A DNA stretch of 51,392 bases. Origin: Candidatus Zipacnadia bacterium. GTDB lineage: Bacteria; Armatimonadota; Zipacnadia; Zipacnadales; UBA5352. The position numbers were made by a program, and so were the translations under genes. The notes below the pieces were generated by a model, which saw only the letters and a list, made by a program, of their open reading frames with translations, was not told the origin of the DNA and searched no databases. Of this stretch, positions 35,814-43,383 are shown piece after piece; the first letter of the stretch is position 1, and every line of letters starts with the position of its first letter. The DNA lies in NCBI GenBank assembly GCA_029821265.1, contig JALGTR010000012.1:1-51392 (forward strand). The letters are read 5' to 3'.

Positions 35814-36290
35814 GTGGAGTACCGCAGTGTCGGACGCGCCGGCTGTATGGTCAGCCCGCTGTGCCTTGGAACCATGCTCTTCGGTGGAGATATCCCCGCC
35901 GATGAGGCTTACGATATCGTTGACCGCGCCATCGACGCGGGGATCAACGTCATCGATACCGCGAATGTCTACCACAGCGGCACCAGCGAGCAGGTGCTCG
36001 GCCAGGCCCTGAAGCGCAACGGTGAGCGCGACCACGTCGTCTTCGCGACCAAGGTCCACGGCGTCATGGATCGCGATGACCCCAACGGGCGCGGGAACCA
36101 CCGCCAGCACATCATCCGCCAGTGCGAGGCCCCGTTGCAGCGCATCGAGCGCGAGCTGATCCCGTTCGCATAGAGCTACGACTTCGGCATCATCCCCTGG
36201 TCCCCCCTCGCAGGGGGCTTTCTGACCGGCGAGTGCCTCGTGCCCTACTACGAGGCCGACTTCGGCCCCAGCCGCTGGACATGGCTGTAG
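35814..36290 (+). pseudogene. aldo/keto reductase pseudogene (internal in-frame deletion, TAG nonsense codon, 3' truncation)
   Basis: GTG 35814 (GAGGAGGGG upstream) gives VEYRSVGRAGCMVSPLCLGTMLFGG...INVIDTANVYHSGTSEQVLGQALK...FATKV...HIIRQCEAPLQR. It then jumps to IERELIPFA-TAG-SYDFGIIPWSPLAGGFLTGE and stops at 36290. The ~120 codons between the LQR and IERE segments of a full-length AKR are absent, as is the C-terminus. Confidence 0.7.
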
Positions 36291-36312
36291 CCTCTGTCCG
36301 GCGGATGCATCG

Positions 36313-36342
36313 TGCGGGCGGCCCGCTCCCCCGGGCCGCCCG
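36313..36342 (+). terminator. GC-rich hairpin after the AKR remnant
   Basis: GCGGGCGGCCCG-CTCCCC-CGGGCCGCCCGC, a perfect 12-bp stem. Confidence 0.35.
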
Positions 36343-36431
36343 CGTGTCTGGCCGCCTCCATCCCCCGACCCACCGCGGAGTCGTCGGAACTGCCATCCTC
36401 ACCGGCATGGTGATATTCTTCACCGTTTCAC

Positions 36432-36485
36432 TTGACTCAGCCGCCAAACAGGTATACATTCCTAACAGCACTAATTACTATTTAG
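36432..36485 (+). promoter_or_regulatory. promoter plus AT-rich 7-1-7 inverted repeat (putative Fur/PerR-type operator)
   Basis: TTGACT (36432-36437), a 17-nt spacer, then TACATT (36455-36460). CTAATTA-C-TATTTAG (36471-36485) is an imperfect palindrome (6/7 per arm) between the -10 and ATG 36498, in the lowest-GC stretch of this region. Confidence 0.45.
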
Positions 36486-36497
36486 GTAAGTGACGAC

Positions 36498-36944
36498 ATG
36501 GATACCCCCGAGAACCTCGGCGACAGGGTCCGGGAACACGGCGGGCGGATGACACGCCAGCGCAAACTCGTCCTCGAGACGCTGGCGCAGTCGCAGTGCC
36601 ATCCGACCGCCACCGAGCTGTACGACATGGTCAAAGAGCGCATGCCGGGCATCAGCCAGGGCACCGTCTACCGGAACCTCAACCGGCTGCAGGAGCTCGG
36701 CTACGTGCAGGAGCTCGACTACGGTGCAGGCGCTTCGCACTACGACGCGCGCGTCGAGCCGCACTATCACGTGCGCTGCGAGCAGTGCGGCCGCGTCGAT
36801 GACGTGCAGATCGACCTCGAACCGCGCCCGAGCATCGGCGACGCCGCCCGGGTGGCAGAGGGCTGGCGCATTCACGAGCAGCGTGTCGAGTTCACGGGAG
36901 TCTGCCCCGAGTGCCAGGACACACGCTCCGAGGACGAAGAGTAG
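36498..36944 (+). CDS. Fur-family transcriptional regulator (PerR-like by context)
   Basis: 148 aa. RMTRQRKLVLETL...HPTATELYDMV...ISQGTVYRNLNRLQELG is a winged helix. HYHVRCEQCGRV...CPEC gives the CxxC...CxxC structural zinc site. Confidence 0.85.
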   Translation: MDTPENLGDRVREHGGRMTRQRKLVLETLAQSQCHPTATELYDMVKERMPGISQGTVYRNLNRLQELGYVQELDYGAGASHYDARVEPHYHVRCEQCGRVDDVQIDLEPRPSIGDAARVAEGWRIHEQRVEFTGVCPECQDTRSEDEE

Positions 36945-36986
36945 GCATGTACGGAGGATCATCAGTCTGACGTGGAGGAGTAGCTC

Positions 36987-37559
36987 ATGGAGCTGAAGGG
37001 GAGCCGCACCGAACAGAACATCCTGACCGCGTTTGCCGGCGAGTCGCAGGCACGCAACAGATACACCTACTTCGCCGAAAAAGCGCGCGACGAAGGCTAT
37101 GAGCAGATTGCGGCGATCTTCGAGGAGACCGCAAACCAGGAGCGTGCTCACGCAAAGCGGCTCTTCAAGTTCCTCGAGGGCGGCGAGGTCGAGATCCAGG
37201 CCGCCTACCCGGCCGGGTACATCGGCACCACCGCCGAAAACCTCAGGGCCGCGGCCGAGGGCGAACACCACGAGTACAGCGAGATGTACCCTCAGTTCGC
37301 TGAGGTCGCGAAAGAGGAGGGCTTCAACAAGATCGCGGCGGCGTTCACCTCGATCGCGAAGGCCGAGGTCGGCCACGAGCGCCGCTACCGCTCCCTGCTC
37401 GAGAACGTGCGGGGAAACCGGGTCTTCGAGCGTGACACCAAGGTCGTCTGGCGCTGCCGCAACTGCGGCTACCTGCACGAGGCGACCGCCGCGCCCAGCA
37501 AGTGCGCGGCCTGCGAGGAGCCTCAGGCGCAGTTCGAGGTCTACACCGAGACGTGGTAA
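36987..37559 (+). CDS. rbr: rubrerythrin
   Basis: 190 aa with GGAGGAG upstream. It has a ferritin-like di-iron domain (FAGESQARNRYTYF...EETANQERAHAKRLF...AAEGEHHEY) and a C-terminal rubredoxin-like WRCRNCGY...KCAACEEP. Confidence 0.92.
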   Translation: MELKGSRTEQNILTAFAGESQARNRYTYFAEKARDEGYEQIAAIFEETANQERAHAKRLFKFLEGGEVEIQAAYPAGYIGTTAENLRAAAEGEHHEYSEMYPQFAEVAKEEGFNKIAAAFTSIAKAEVGHERRYRSLLENVRGNRVFERDTKVVWRCRNCGYLHEATAAPSKCAACEEPQAQFEVYTETW

Positions 37560-37766
37560 GGGCCACGTGACGAACCCGGCGGGGCTTCCGCCCCGGCAGG
37601 AGCCCCGCCGGATGGAAGCGAAACAACTCACGACCGAACCAGAAGGGTCGCAGACCTCGCGTGCCGTCTCTACGACAATCGAGGCTGCTGACCCTCTGCA
37701 GTGTCTGCCGTGGGTCAGCCAGCCCGCCCTCACCGGCTGAGCCGACGACTCGCGGAGTGTCTGATC

Positions 37767-38975
37767 ATGCACGTTGAGCTGACCGACGGAATCAACTGGG
37801 TCGGCGCGATCGACTGGAACGTCCGTGACTTCCACGGCTACGAGACCAGGCGCGGCTCGACCTACAACGCCTACCTCGTCCAGGGCGAGAAGACCGCGCT
37901 CGTTGACACCGTCAAGAGGAACTTCGCGAATACGCTGCTTGCCAGTGTCGATGAGCTCACCGGACTCGACGCGGTGGACTACGTGATTGTCAACCACGGT
38001 GAGCCCGATCACTCCAGCGCCCTGCCTGCAGTCATGGAGGCCTGCCCGCAGGCAACGGTGGTCACCAACGAGAAGGCCGTCGCCACGCTGGAGGGCTACT
38101 ACGACCCGACCGACTGGCAGATCGAGGTCATCAACAGCGGCGACAGCCTCGACCTCGGCGGCCGCTCCCTCACCTTCGTGCAGACCCCCATGGTCCACTG
38201 GCCCGACTCCATGGTCAGCTACTGCCCGGAGGAGAAGATCCTCTTCTCCAACGATGCCTTCGGGCAGCACCTCGCGTCCTCCCACCGATTCGACGACCAG
38301 ATGGACCTGTCGGTCGTGATGGAGGAGGCGAAGACATACTACGCCAACATCGTGATGCTCTACGGCCGGCCGATCGCGAAAGCGATGGAGGCCCTCGGCG
38401 ACCTCGAGATCGAGATCATCGCGCCAGCCCACGGCGTCGTCTGGCGGGAGCACATCCCGACCATCCTCGACGCCTACACTAACTGGGTCGCCTGCCGGCC
38501 GACCGCAAAGGTCCTCGTCATCTACGAGTCGATGTGGCAATCCACCGACTGCATGGCCCACGAGATCGTCAAGGGCGCCACACGCGATGGCGTCGAGGTC
38601 AAACTTCTGAACGTCACCAGGACCGGGCGAACCGTCCTCGCGACCGAGGTGCTCGACGCCGCGGCGATCGCGTTCGGCTCGCCCACACTCAATATGACGC
38701 TCATGCCGGAGATGGCCGGCGCGCTCACCTACCTCAAGGGCCTGTCACCCAAGAACAAGGCCGCCATGGCCTTCGGCTCCTATGGCTGGGCGCCGAGCGG
38801 GCCCCGTGCGATCCAGCAGTACATCGAGGAGATGGACATGAAGATCCTGCGCGAGCCCCTCACCGCGCAGTGGAGGCCCGATGAACAGGCGCGCGAGGCC
38901 TGTCGCCAGGCGGGCGCAATGCTCGCGGATTACGCCGAGGAGGCCGCCGCAAACGCCGAGTCCTTCCATCCATAG
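37767..38975 (+). CDS. flavodiiron protein (rubredoxin:oxygen/NO oxidoreductase type)
   Basis: ATG 37767 lies inside track ORF 37701-38975. It has a metallo-beta-lactamase-like domain with the VNHGEPDHSSA di-iron motif, then a flavodoxin-like domain (KVLVIYESMWQSTDCMA...AIAFGSPTLNMT). Confidence 0.9.
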   Translation: MHVELTDGINWVGAIDWNVRDFHGYETRRGSTYNAYLVQGEKTALVDTVKRNFANTLLASVDELTGLDAVDYVIVNHGEPDHSSALPAVMEACPQATVVTNEKAVATLEGYYDPTDWQIEVINSGDSLDLGGRSLTFVQTPMVHWPDSMVSYCPEEKILFSNDAFGQHLASSHRFDDQMDLSVVMEEAKTYYANIVMLYGRPIAKAMEALGDLEIEIIAPAHGVVWREHIPTILDAYTNWVACRPTAKVLVIYESMWQSTDCMAHEIVKGATRDGVEVKLLNVTRTGRTVLATEVLDAAAIAFGSPTLNMTLMPEMAGALTYLKGLSPKNKAAMAFGSYGWAPSGPRAIQQYIEEMDMKILREPLTAQWRPDEQAREACRQAGAMLADYAEEAAANAESFHP

Positions 38976-39059
38976 CCCCCCGAGGCAAACGCCGCGAACT
39001 AAGATCGCACAATCGACGCACATATACCGCGCCGTCATTCGCCGAGGAGGGTAAGATTG

Positions 39060-39221
39060 ATGCAAAAATACGAATGCCTCGCATGTAGCTATGTCTACGA
39101 TCCCGAGAAGGGAGACCCTGATAACGGCGTCGAGCCCGGGACGCCCTTCGAAGATCTGCCCGATGACTGGGTCTGCCCCGACTGCGGCGTGGGCAAAGAG
39201 ATGTTCGAGCCCATCGACTGA
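39060..39221 (+). CDS. rubredoxin (53 aa)
   Basis: Too short for the ORF track. [53 protein letters not shown] has the CxxC...CPxCG signature, with GAGGAGGG upstream. Confidence 0.9.
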   Translation: MQKYECLACSYVYDPEKGDPDNGVEPGTPFEDLPDDWVCPDCGVGKEMFEPID

Positions 39222-39257
39222 GCTCAGCCCCGTGACCCAATGTACGCCATGTACGCC

Positions 39258-39281
39258 GGGCGAGGCCTCCAGGCCTCGCCC
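39258..39281 (+). terminator. hairpin terminator of the perR-rbr-fdp-rd operon
   Basis: GGGCGAGGCCT-CC-AGGCCTCGCCC followed by GAACTCTTTCCC. Confidence 0.5.
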
Positions 39282-39371
39282 GAACTCTTTCCCACCTCAA
39301 GAACACCTCGCCATATTGTAACGTCTCTTGCACATTTTTGAAGCGTTTCCGCCACACCTGCAATGCCGCAG

Positions 39372-39680
39372 TTGTCCACGAACTTGAAGCTTATCAACAC
39401 TTTGGATTCTCGTGGAGTCTCTGTGAAAGCCGCGACAACGCCGCTCGCCAATCCATCCTCACGGCACCAGCACGCCTCTACGGCCCTCTACGCGATTTTC
39501 GCAGAATCCGCTGATTCCCTTTGCAATGCGTCCGGGGTTCTGCTATACTACGACCGCATGGGGAGGGAGAAACAGGTTTTCCACAAGTGTTGATAACTAT
39601 GTGGAAAACCCGGTAAGCCGAACGGACTCACGGTCTCCCGTGGGTCAAACACCGTTCAGGAGACGCTAAGTTATCCACGC
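39372..39680. other. DnaA-box cluster upstream of dnaA (oriC part / dnaA autoregulatory region)
   Basis: 9-mers within 1-2 mismatches of TTATCCACA: TTGTCCACG (39372-39380), TTATCAACA (39391-39399), TTTTCCACA (39578-39586), TGTTGATAA (39589-39597), TGTGGAAAA (39601-39609) and TTATCCACG (39672-39680). Local GC is well below the window average. Confidence 0.6.
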
Positions 39681-39823
39681 AGACCGCATCACAGCAACCA
39701 TCGCGGTACTGGTCTCATCCACGCGCTGCTACGTCCCGACCATGCCTGTACGGAAGGCGGCTGCGACCGCATTCCACTCGCACCGGCAGCACACAGGCAC
39801 AGTGAAAAGGACGGATACCGTAG

Positions 39824-41272
39824 ATGGCAAGCGAGACACAGCTTTCCGGGGAGCAACTCTGGCGCGCAAGCCTGCCTCTGCTGGCCGAGAAGGTCAGCCC
39901 CGCGACCTACGATGGGTTCCTTACCAGCGCCGTTGCGCTCGACTTCCAGGGCGATAATCTGACCATCGGCGTGGTCAACGAATTTGCGAGGGACTGGCTT
40001 GAACGACACCACTCCGCAGCGATGACCGAGTGCGTGCGGGAGGTCGCCCAGCGACCCGTCAACGTCAACGTCTGCGTCGCGCCCGAGACACTGGCCGACA
40101 CCAAAACCGAGACGCCGTCAGAGGTCCCGGCCGAGGACGCAGCGACCGGCGTCGAGACCGCTTCTGACCCGGCCCCGGCAGTGCAGGCCCCGAGCCCCGC
40201 TGCCACGCCGGTCTCCCTGGTTCCCGACTCCACCGGCGAGCTTCGCTCGTTTCCGCTCAACCCCAAATACACATTCAACGACTTCGTCGTGGCGGACTGT
40301 AACCGCTTCGCACACGCGGCCGCACTTCAGGTGGCCAAGTCACCGGGCCAGGCCTACAACCCGCTATTCATCCACTCCGCCTCCGGCCTCGGAAAGACCC
40401 ACCTGATCCAGGCGATCGGCCACTCCATCATCGCCAACCGGCCCGACTGCAAAGTCGTCTACATCTCCGCCGAGGCGTTCGTCAACCACATGATCTCGTG
40501 TATGCGCGACAACACCATCGACCGCTTCCGCCAGAACTACCGCTCGGTCGATGTCTGGCTGGTGGATGACATCCAGTTCATCGCCGCCATTGAGGGCCCG
40601 GCTTCCGAGGAGGAGTTCTTCCACACCTTCAACACCCTCTACGAGACCAACCGCCAGGTGGTCATCGCCTCCGATTGCCCGCCGCGCCATCTGCAGCTTA
40701 TGAACGAGCGCCTCCGCTCCCGACTGGAGATGGGCATCGTCGCCGACCTGCGCGTTCCCGACGTCGAGACCCGCGTGGCCATCCTCGAGAAGAAGGCCCA
40801 GGCCGAGGGCGTCCCGCTCTCGCGCGATATCCTCGAGTATGTGGCCTCCAAGATCGAATCGAATATCCGGGTCCTCGAGGGCGCGCTCCTGAAGATCTGC
40901 GCATACGCCTCCCTCAACGACCAGGAGATCACGCGCTCGCTCGTCGAGGAGATCATCGGCGATTACTCCACCTCCACGACCGAGCGCCGAATCTCGCTCA
41001 AAGAGATCGTCGATCTCGTCTCCGCGGAACTCGACGTCCCTGCGGATGACATCGTCTCGAAGAAGCGCTCCGCCGACATCGCGTGGGCCAGGCAGGTCGC
41101 GATCTACCTCTCCCGCGAACTCACCGACAACTCGCTGGCGCGCATAGGCGAGGCATTCGGGGGTCGCGACCACTCGACCGTCCTCCACTCATATAACAAG
41201 GTCGCGGAGCTGATCGAAGAGGACGAGCAGGTCCTGTGGCTCATCAACGACCTCAAGGCCGCCTTCGAGTAG
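39824..41272 (+). CDS. dnaA: chromosomal replication initiator protein DnaA
   Basis: 482 aa. It has the AAA+ Walker A GLGKTHLIQAIG, Walker B VWLVDDIQF, and a C-terminal DNA-binding domain ...IAWARQVAIYLSRELTDNSLARIGEAFGGRDHSTVLHSYNKV. Confidence 0.97.
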   Translation: MASETQLSGEQLWRASLPLLAEKVSPATYDGFLTSAVALDFQGDNLTIGVVNEFARDWLERHHSAAMTECVREVAQRPVNVNVCVAPETLADTKTETPSEVPAEDAATGVETASDPAPAVQAPSPAATPVSLVPDSTGELRSFPLNPKYTFNDFVVADCNRFAHAAALQVAKSPGQAYNPLFIHSASGLGKTHLIQAIGHSIIANRPDCKVVYISAEAFVNHMISCMRDNTIDRFRQNYRSVDVWLVDDIQFIAAIEGPASEEEFFHTFNTLYETNRQVVIASDCPPRHLQLMNERLRSRLEMGIVADLRVPDVETRVAILEKKAQAEGVPLSRDILEYVASKIESNIRVLEGALLKICAYASLNDQEITRSLVEEIIGDYSTSTTERRISLKEIVDLVSAELDVPADDIVSKKRSADIAWARQVAIYLSRELTDNSLARIGEAFGGRDHSTVLHSYNKVAELIEEDEQVLWLINDLKAAFE

Positions 41273-41276
41273 CGCC

Positions 41277-41297
41277 CGCCTGAGTTCCCCTCAGGCG
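41277..41297 (+). terminator. hairpin immediately after dnaA
   Basis: CGCCTGAG-TTCCC-CTCAGGCG, 5 nt after the stop. Two further GC hairpins follow within 70 nt. Confidence 0.4.
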
Positions 41298-41650
41298 AAG
41301 GCGCAATGGATGGCGCCTCCCATGTGCGAAGAGCCAGCCTTCCCGGGCTGGCGCTTCGCCGTTCACCTGCCGACGACAACGCGGCAGCCGACGCGCGACG
41401 CACAAGCATCCCGCCACCCACACCGCTCGCCTCGCCGGCCCCTGACACGTGACACTACCCACCAGCGTCTGAGGTCCCTCCATGCCGACTCGTTGCTGCA
41501 CCGCGGCTGTGAGTCCGGCGAAGGCAAACGCAAGACTTCGCGTGGAATACTCCAGCCGACTGACGCCGATGTGGGTTCTGTTGAGATCATCGCCAGTTCT
41601 CAGCAAGTTCTCTTGAGATTGCCTTCATCGAACGCCCGTGCGGCGTGCCG

Positions 41651-41896
41651 ACAGTCCACATCTCAACACCGTGGAGGCCCGAGCGCTCTCAACGTTCTCC
41701 ACGCCCCAGGGGACGTGTGACGGCCCGCTACGCCGCTTTCCCCGCGGACTCTCCACGACCGTCCACGACCCCGCCTTCGGGTTCCCTTCAGCGCACCTGC
41801 GCCCCACCGTTGCCTCATCAGCGCTTCTCCACGTTCTCAACGGACGGAGTAGTAGGAGTAGTAAGGTATGTTAAAGCAAAAGACAGTACTACTATA
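41651..41896 (+). other. oriC core candidate: co-oriented DnaA-box-like repeats, TAG/TAA trio run, AT-rich unwinding element
   Basis: The TCCAC(A/G) core occurs at acaGTCCACA (41651-41660), TTCTCCACG (41695-41703), CTCTCCACG (41749-41757), CCGTCCACG (41759-41767) and TTCTCCACG (41825-41833). Three of these are juxtaposed with TCTCAAC(A/G). After GACGG comes TAG-TAG-GAG-TAG-TAA (41850-41864), then TATGTTAAAGCAAAAGACAGTACTACTATAG. Confidence 0.6.
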
Positions 41897-42042
41897 GCCG
41901 TTGACAACCCTGACCATCGCCCGCCCATCGCTGCCCGATGACGATCCGCATCGGCGTTCGGAACCGGCTTCACGACATCCCGCCGCCCCTCCGACATCTC
42001 TGCTCCTGCCCGGAGGTCTTCTCCCCCACGCGGCGAATTGCC

Positions 42043-42071
42043 TTGACGCACCCGCCGCAATGCGGTTAACT
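42043..42071 (+). promoter_or_regulatory. sigma70-like promoter for dnaN
   Basis: TTGACG (42043-42048), a 17-nt spacer, then TTAACT (42066-42071), 48 nt before ATG 42119. Confidence 0.4.
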
Positions 42072-42118
42072 AAGAGGCTGCTATCGTAGCCGTGAAGAGT
42101 TCCAGGGAGGCCCCGGAG

Positions 42119-43231
42119 ATGCTCAACGTCTCTTGCACTCAGACGGAGCTGTACGAAGCTGTGCAGACGGTATCGCACGGCGTGTCGGGGCGCAGCACGC
42201 AGCCCGTCCAGAATAACATCTACCTCGAGAGCACCGCAGACCAGTTGCGGCTGGTGGCCACCGACCTCGAGTTCATCAGCCTCGAGGCGGTCATCAACGC
42301 GAGCGTCGTCGATCAGGGAGCAGTAACCGTCCCTGCGAGACTGCTCACCGACGTGGTCGGCTCGGTCGGCGCCTCGGAGATCAGCCTTCGGGCCAACGAC
42401 AACAGCATGCTCACGGTCGAGGCCGGCCGGTCGAGCTTCCTGATCCGGGGCATGTCCGCCGCAGACTTCGAGATGCTTCCGCCGATGGAGGATGCGCTCG
42501 AGTTCGAGTTGACCCAGCGCGACCTGCACAGCATCCTCTCTCAGATCGTCTTTGCGACCTCCCGTGACGAGACTCGTCCGATCCTCACCGGTGCGCTGTT
42601 CAACATCAGCCCCGGTGGCCTCGAGGTCGTTGCCACCGACACCTACCGCCTCGCGCTGCGCCGCATGACCGCCGAGATACCCATCGACGAGCCGACCAGC
42701 GCGATCATCTCCGAGCGCGCCCTCAACGAGATTCTGCGCATCCTCGAGCCCGAGTCCGAGGAGCCCGTTCGCGTCTCCCTCACCGACTCGCAGGTCAGCT
42801 GCGTCGTGGGGAACGTCACCGTCGGCTCCCGGCTCATCGAAGGGCAGTTCCCCAATTACGAGAAGGTCCTGCCCGACTCCAGCGACCGCCGGGTCACCGT
42901 CGATCGCGAGGGACTTACCGACTCGCTGCGCAGGATGCTCATCGTGGCCCGCGAGGACGCCAACCGCATCGTCCTGCGCGGCTCCGACGGGGAGCTTACC
43001 ATCACCGCCGACTCGCAGGACGTGGGGCACGCTGAGGAGCAGATCCCGGCCACCCTCGAGGGCGAGGAGCCGGAGATCGCATTCAACGCCCGGTACCTGC
43101 TCGATGCACTGCAGGCCATCACTCAGGAGCAGGTGGTGCTGGAGCTGTCACAGCCGCTGGCTCCCGGCACCCTCAAGCCGCTGGACTCCGATGATTACCT
43201 CTACGTGATCATGCCGATGCAGATCATGTGA
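42119..43231 (+). CDS. dnaN: DNA polymerase III beta sliding clamp
   Basis: ATG 42119 (GGGAGG 8 nt upstream) lies inside track ORF 42092-43231. 370 aa. MLNVSCTQTELYEAVQTVSHGVS...TRPILTGALF...RLIEGQFPNYEKVLP...YVIMPMQI is the canonical beta-clamp pattern. Confidence 0.95.
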   Translation: MLNVSCTQTELYEAVQTVSHGVSGRSTQPVQNNIYLESTADQLRLVATDLEFISLEAVINASVVDQGAVTVPARLLTDVVGSVGASEISLRANDNSMLTVEAGRSSFLIRGMSAADFEMLPPMEDALEFELTQRDLHSILSQIVFATSRDETRPILTGALFNISPGGLEVVATDTYRLALRRMTAEIPIDEPTSAIISERALNEILRILEPESEEPVRVSLTDSQVSCVVGNVTVGSRLIEGQFPNYEKVLPDSSDRRVTVDREGLTDSLRRMLIVAREDANRIVLRGSDGELTITADSQDVGHAEEQIPATLEGEEPEIAFNARYLLDALQAITQEQVVLELSQPLAPGTLKPLDSDDYLYVIMPMQIM

Positions 43232-43259
43232 GGCGCCGCATCGGCGCATCCGATCTTCC

Positions 43260-43290
43260 AGCGGGCACAGGCGATTCGTCTGTGCCCGCT
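43260..43290 (+). terminator. hairpin between dnaN and recF
   Basis: AGCGGGCACAG-GCGATTCGT-CTGTGCCCGCT followed by TCGTGTC. Confidence 0.4.
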
Positions 43291-43383
43291 TCGTGTCAGG
43301 GGCCGGGGGCGTGAGAAGAGCCGAAGGCGAACCCTGCCACAGAGACCACCACCGGACTGGAGGACAGGCGGGCAGAACAGGGC

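Noticed and set aside
36471-38561. 696-aa minus-strand ORF
   Set aside because: It is antisense to three genes with unmistakable motifs (Fur-like regulator, rubrerythrin, flavodiiron protein). It has no motifs of its own and has antisense-type composition.
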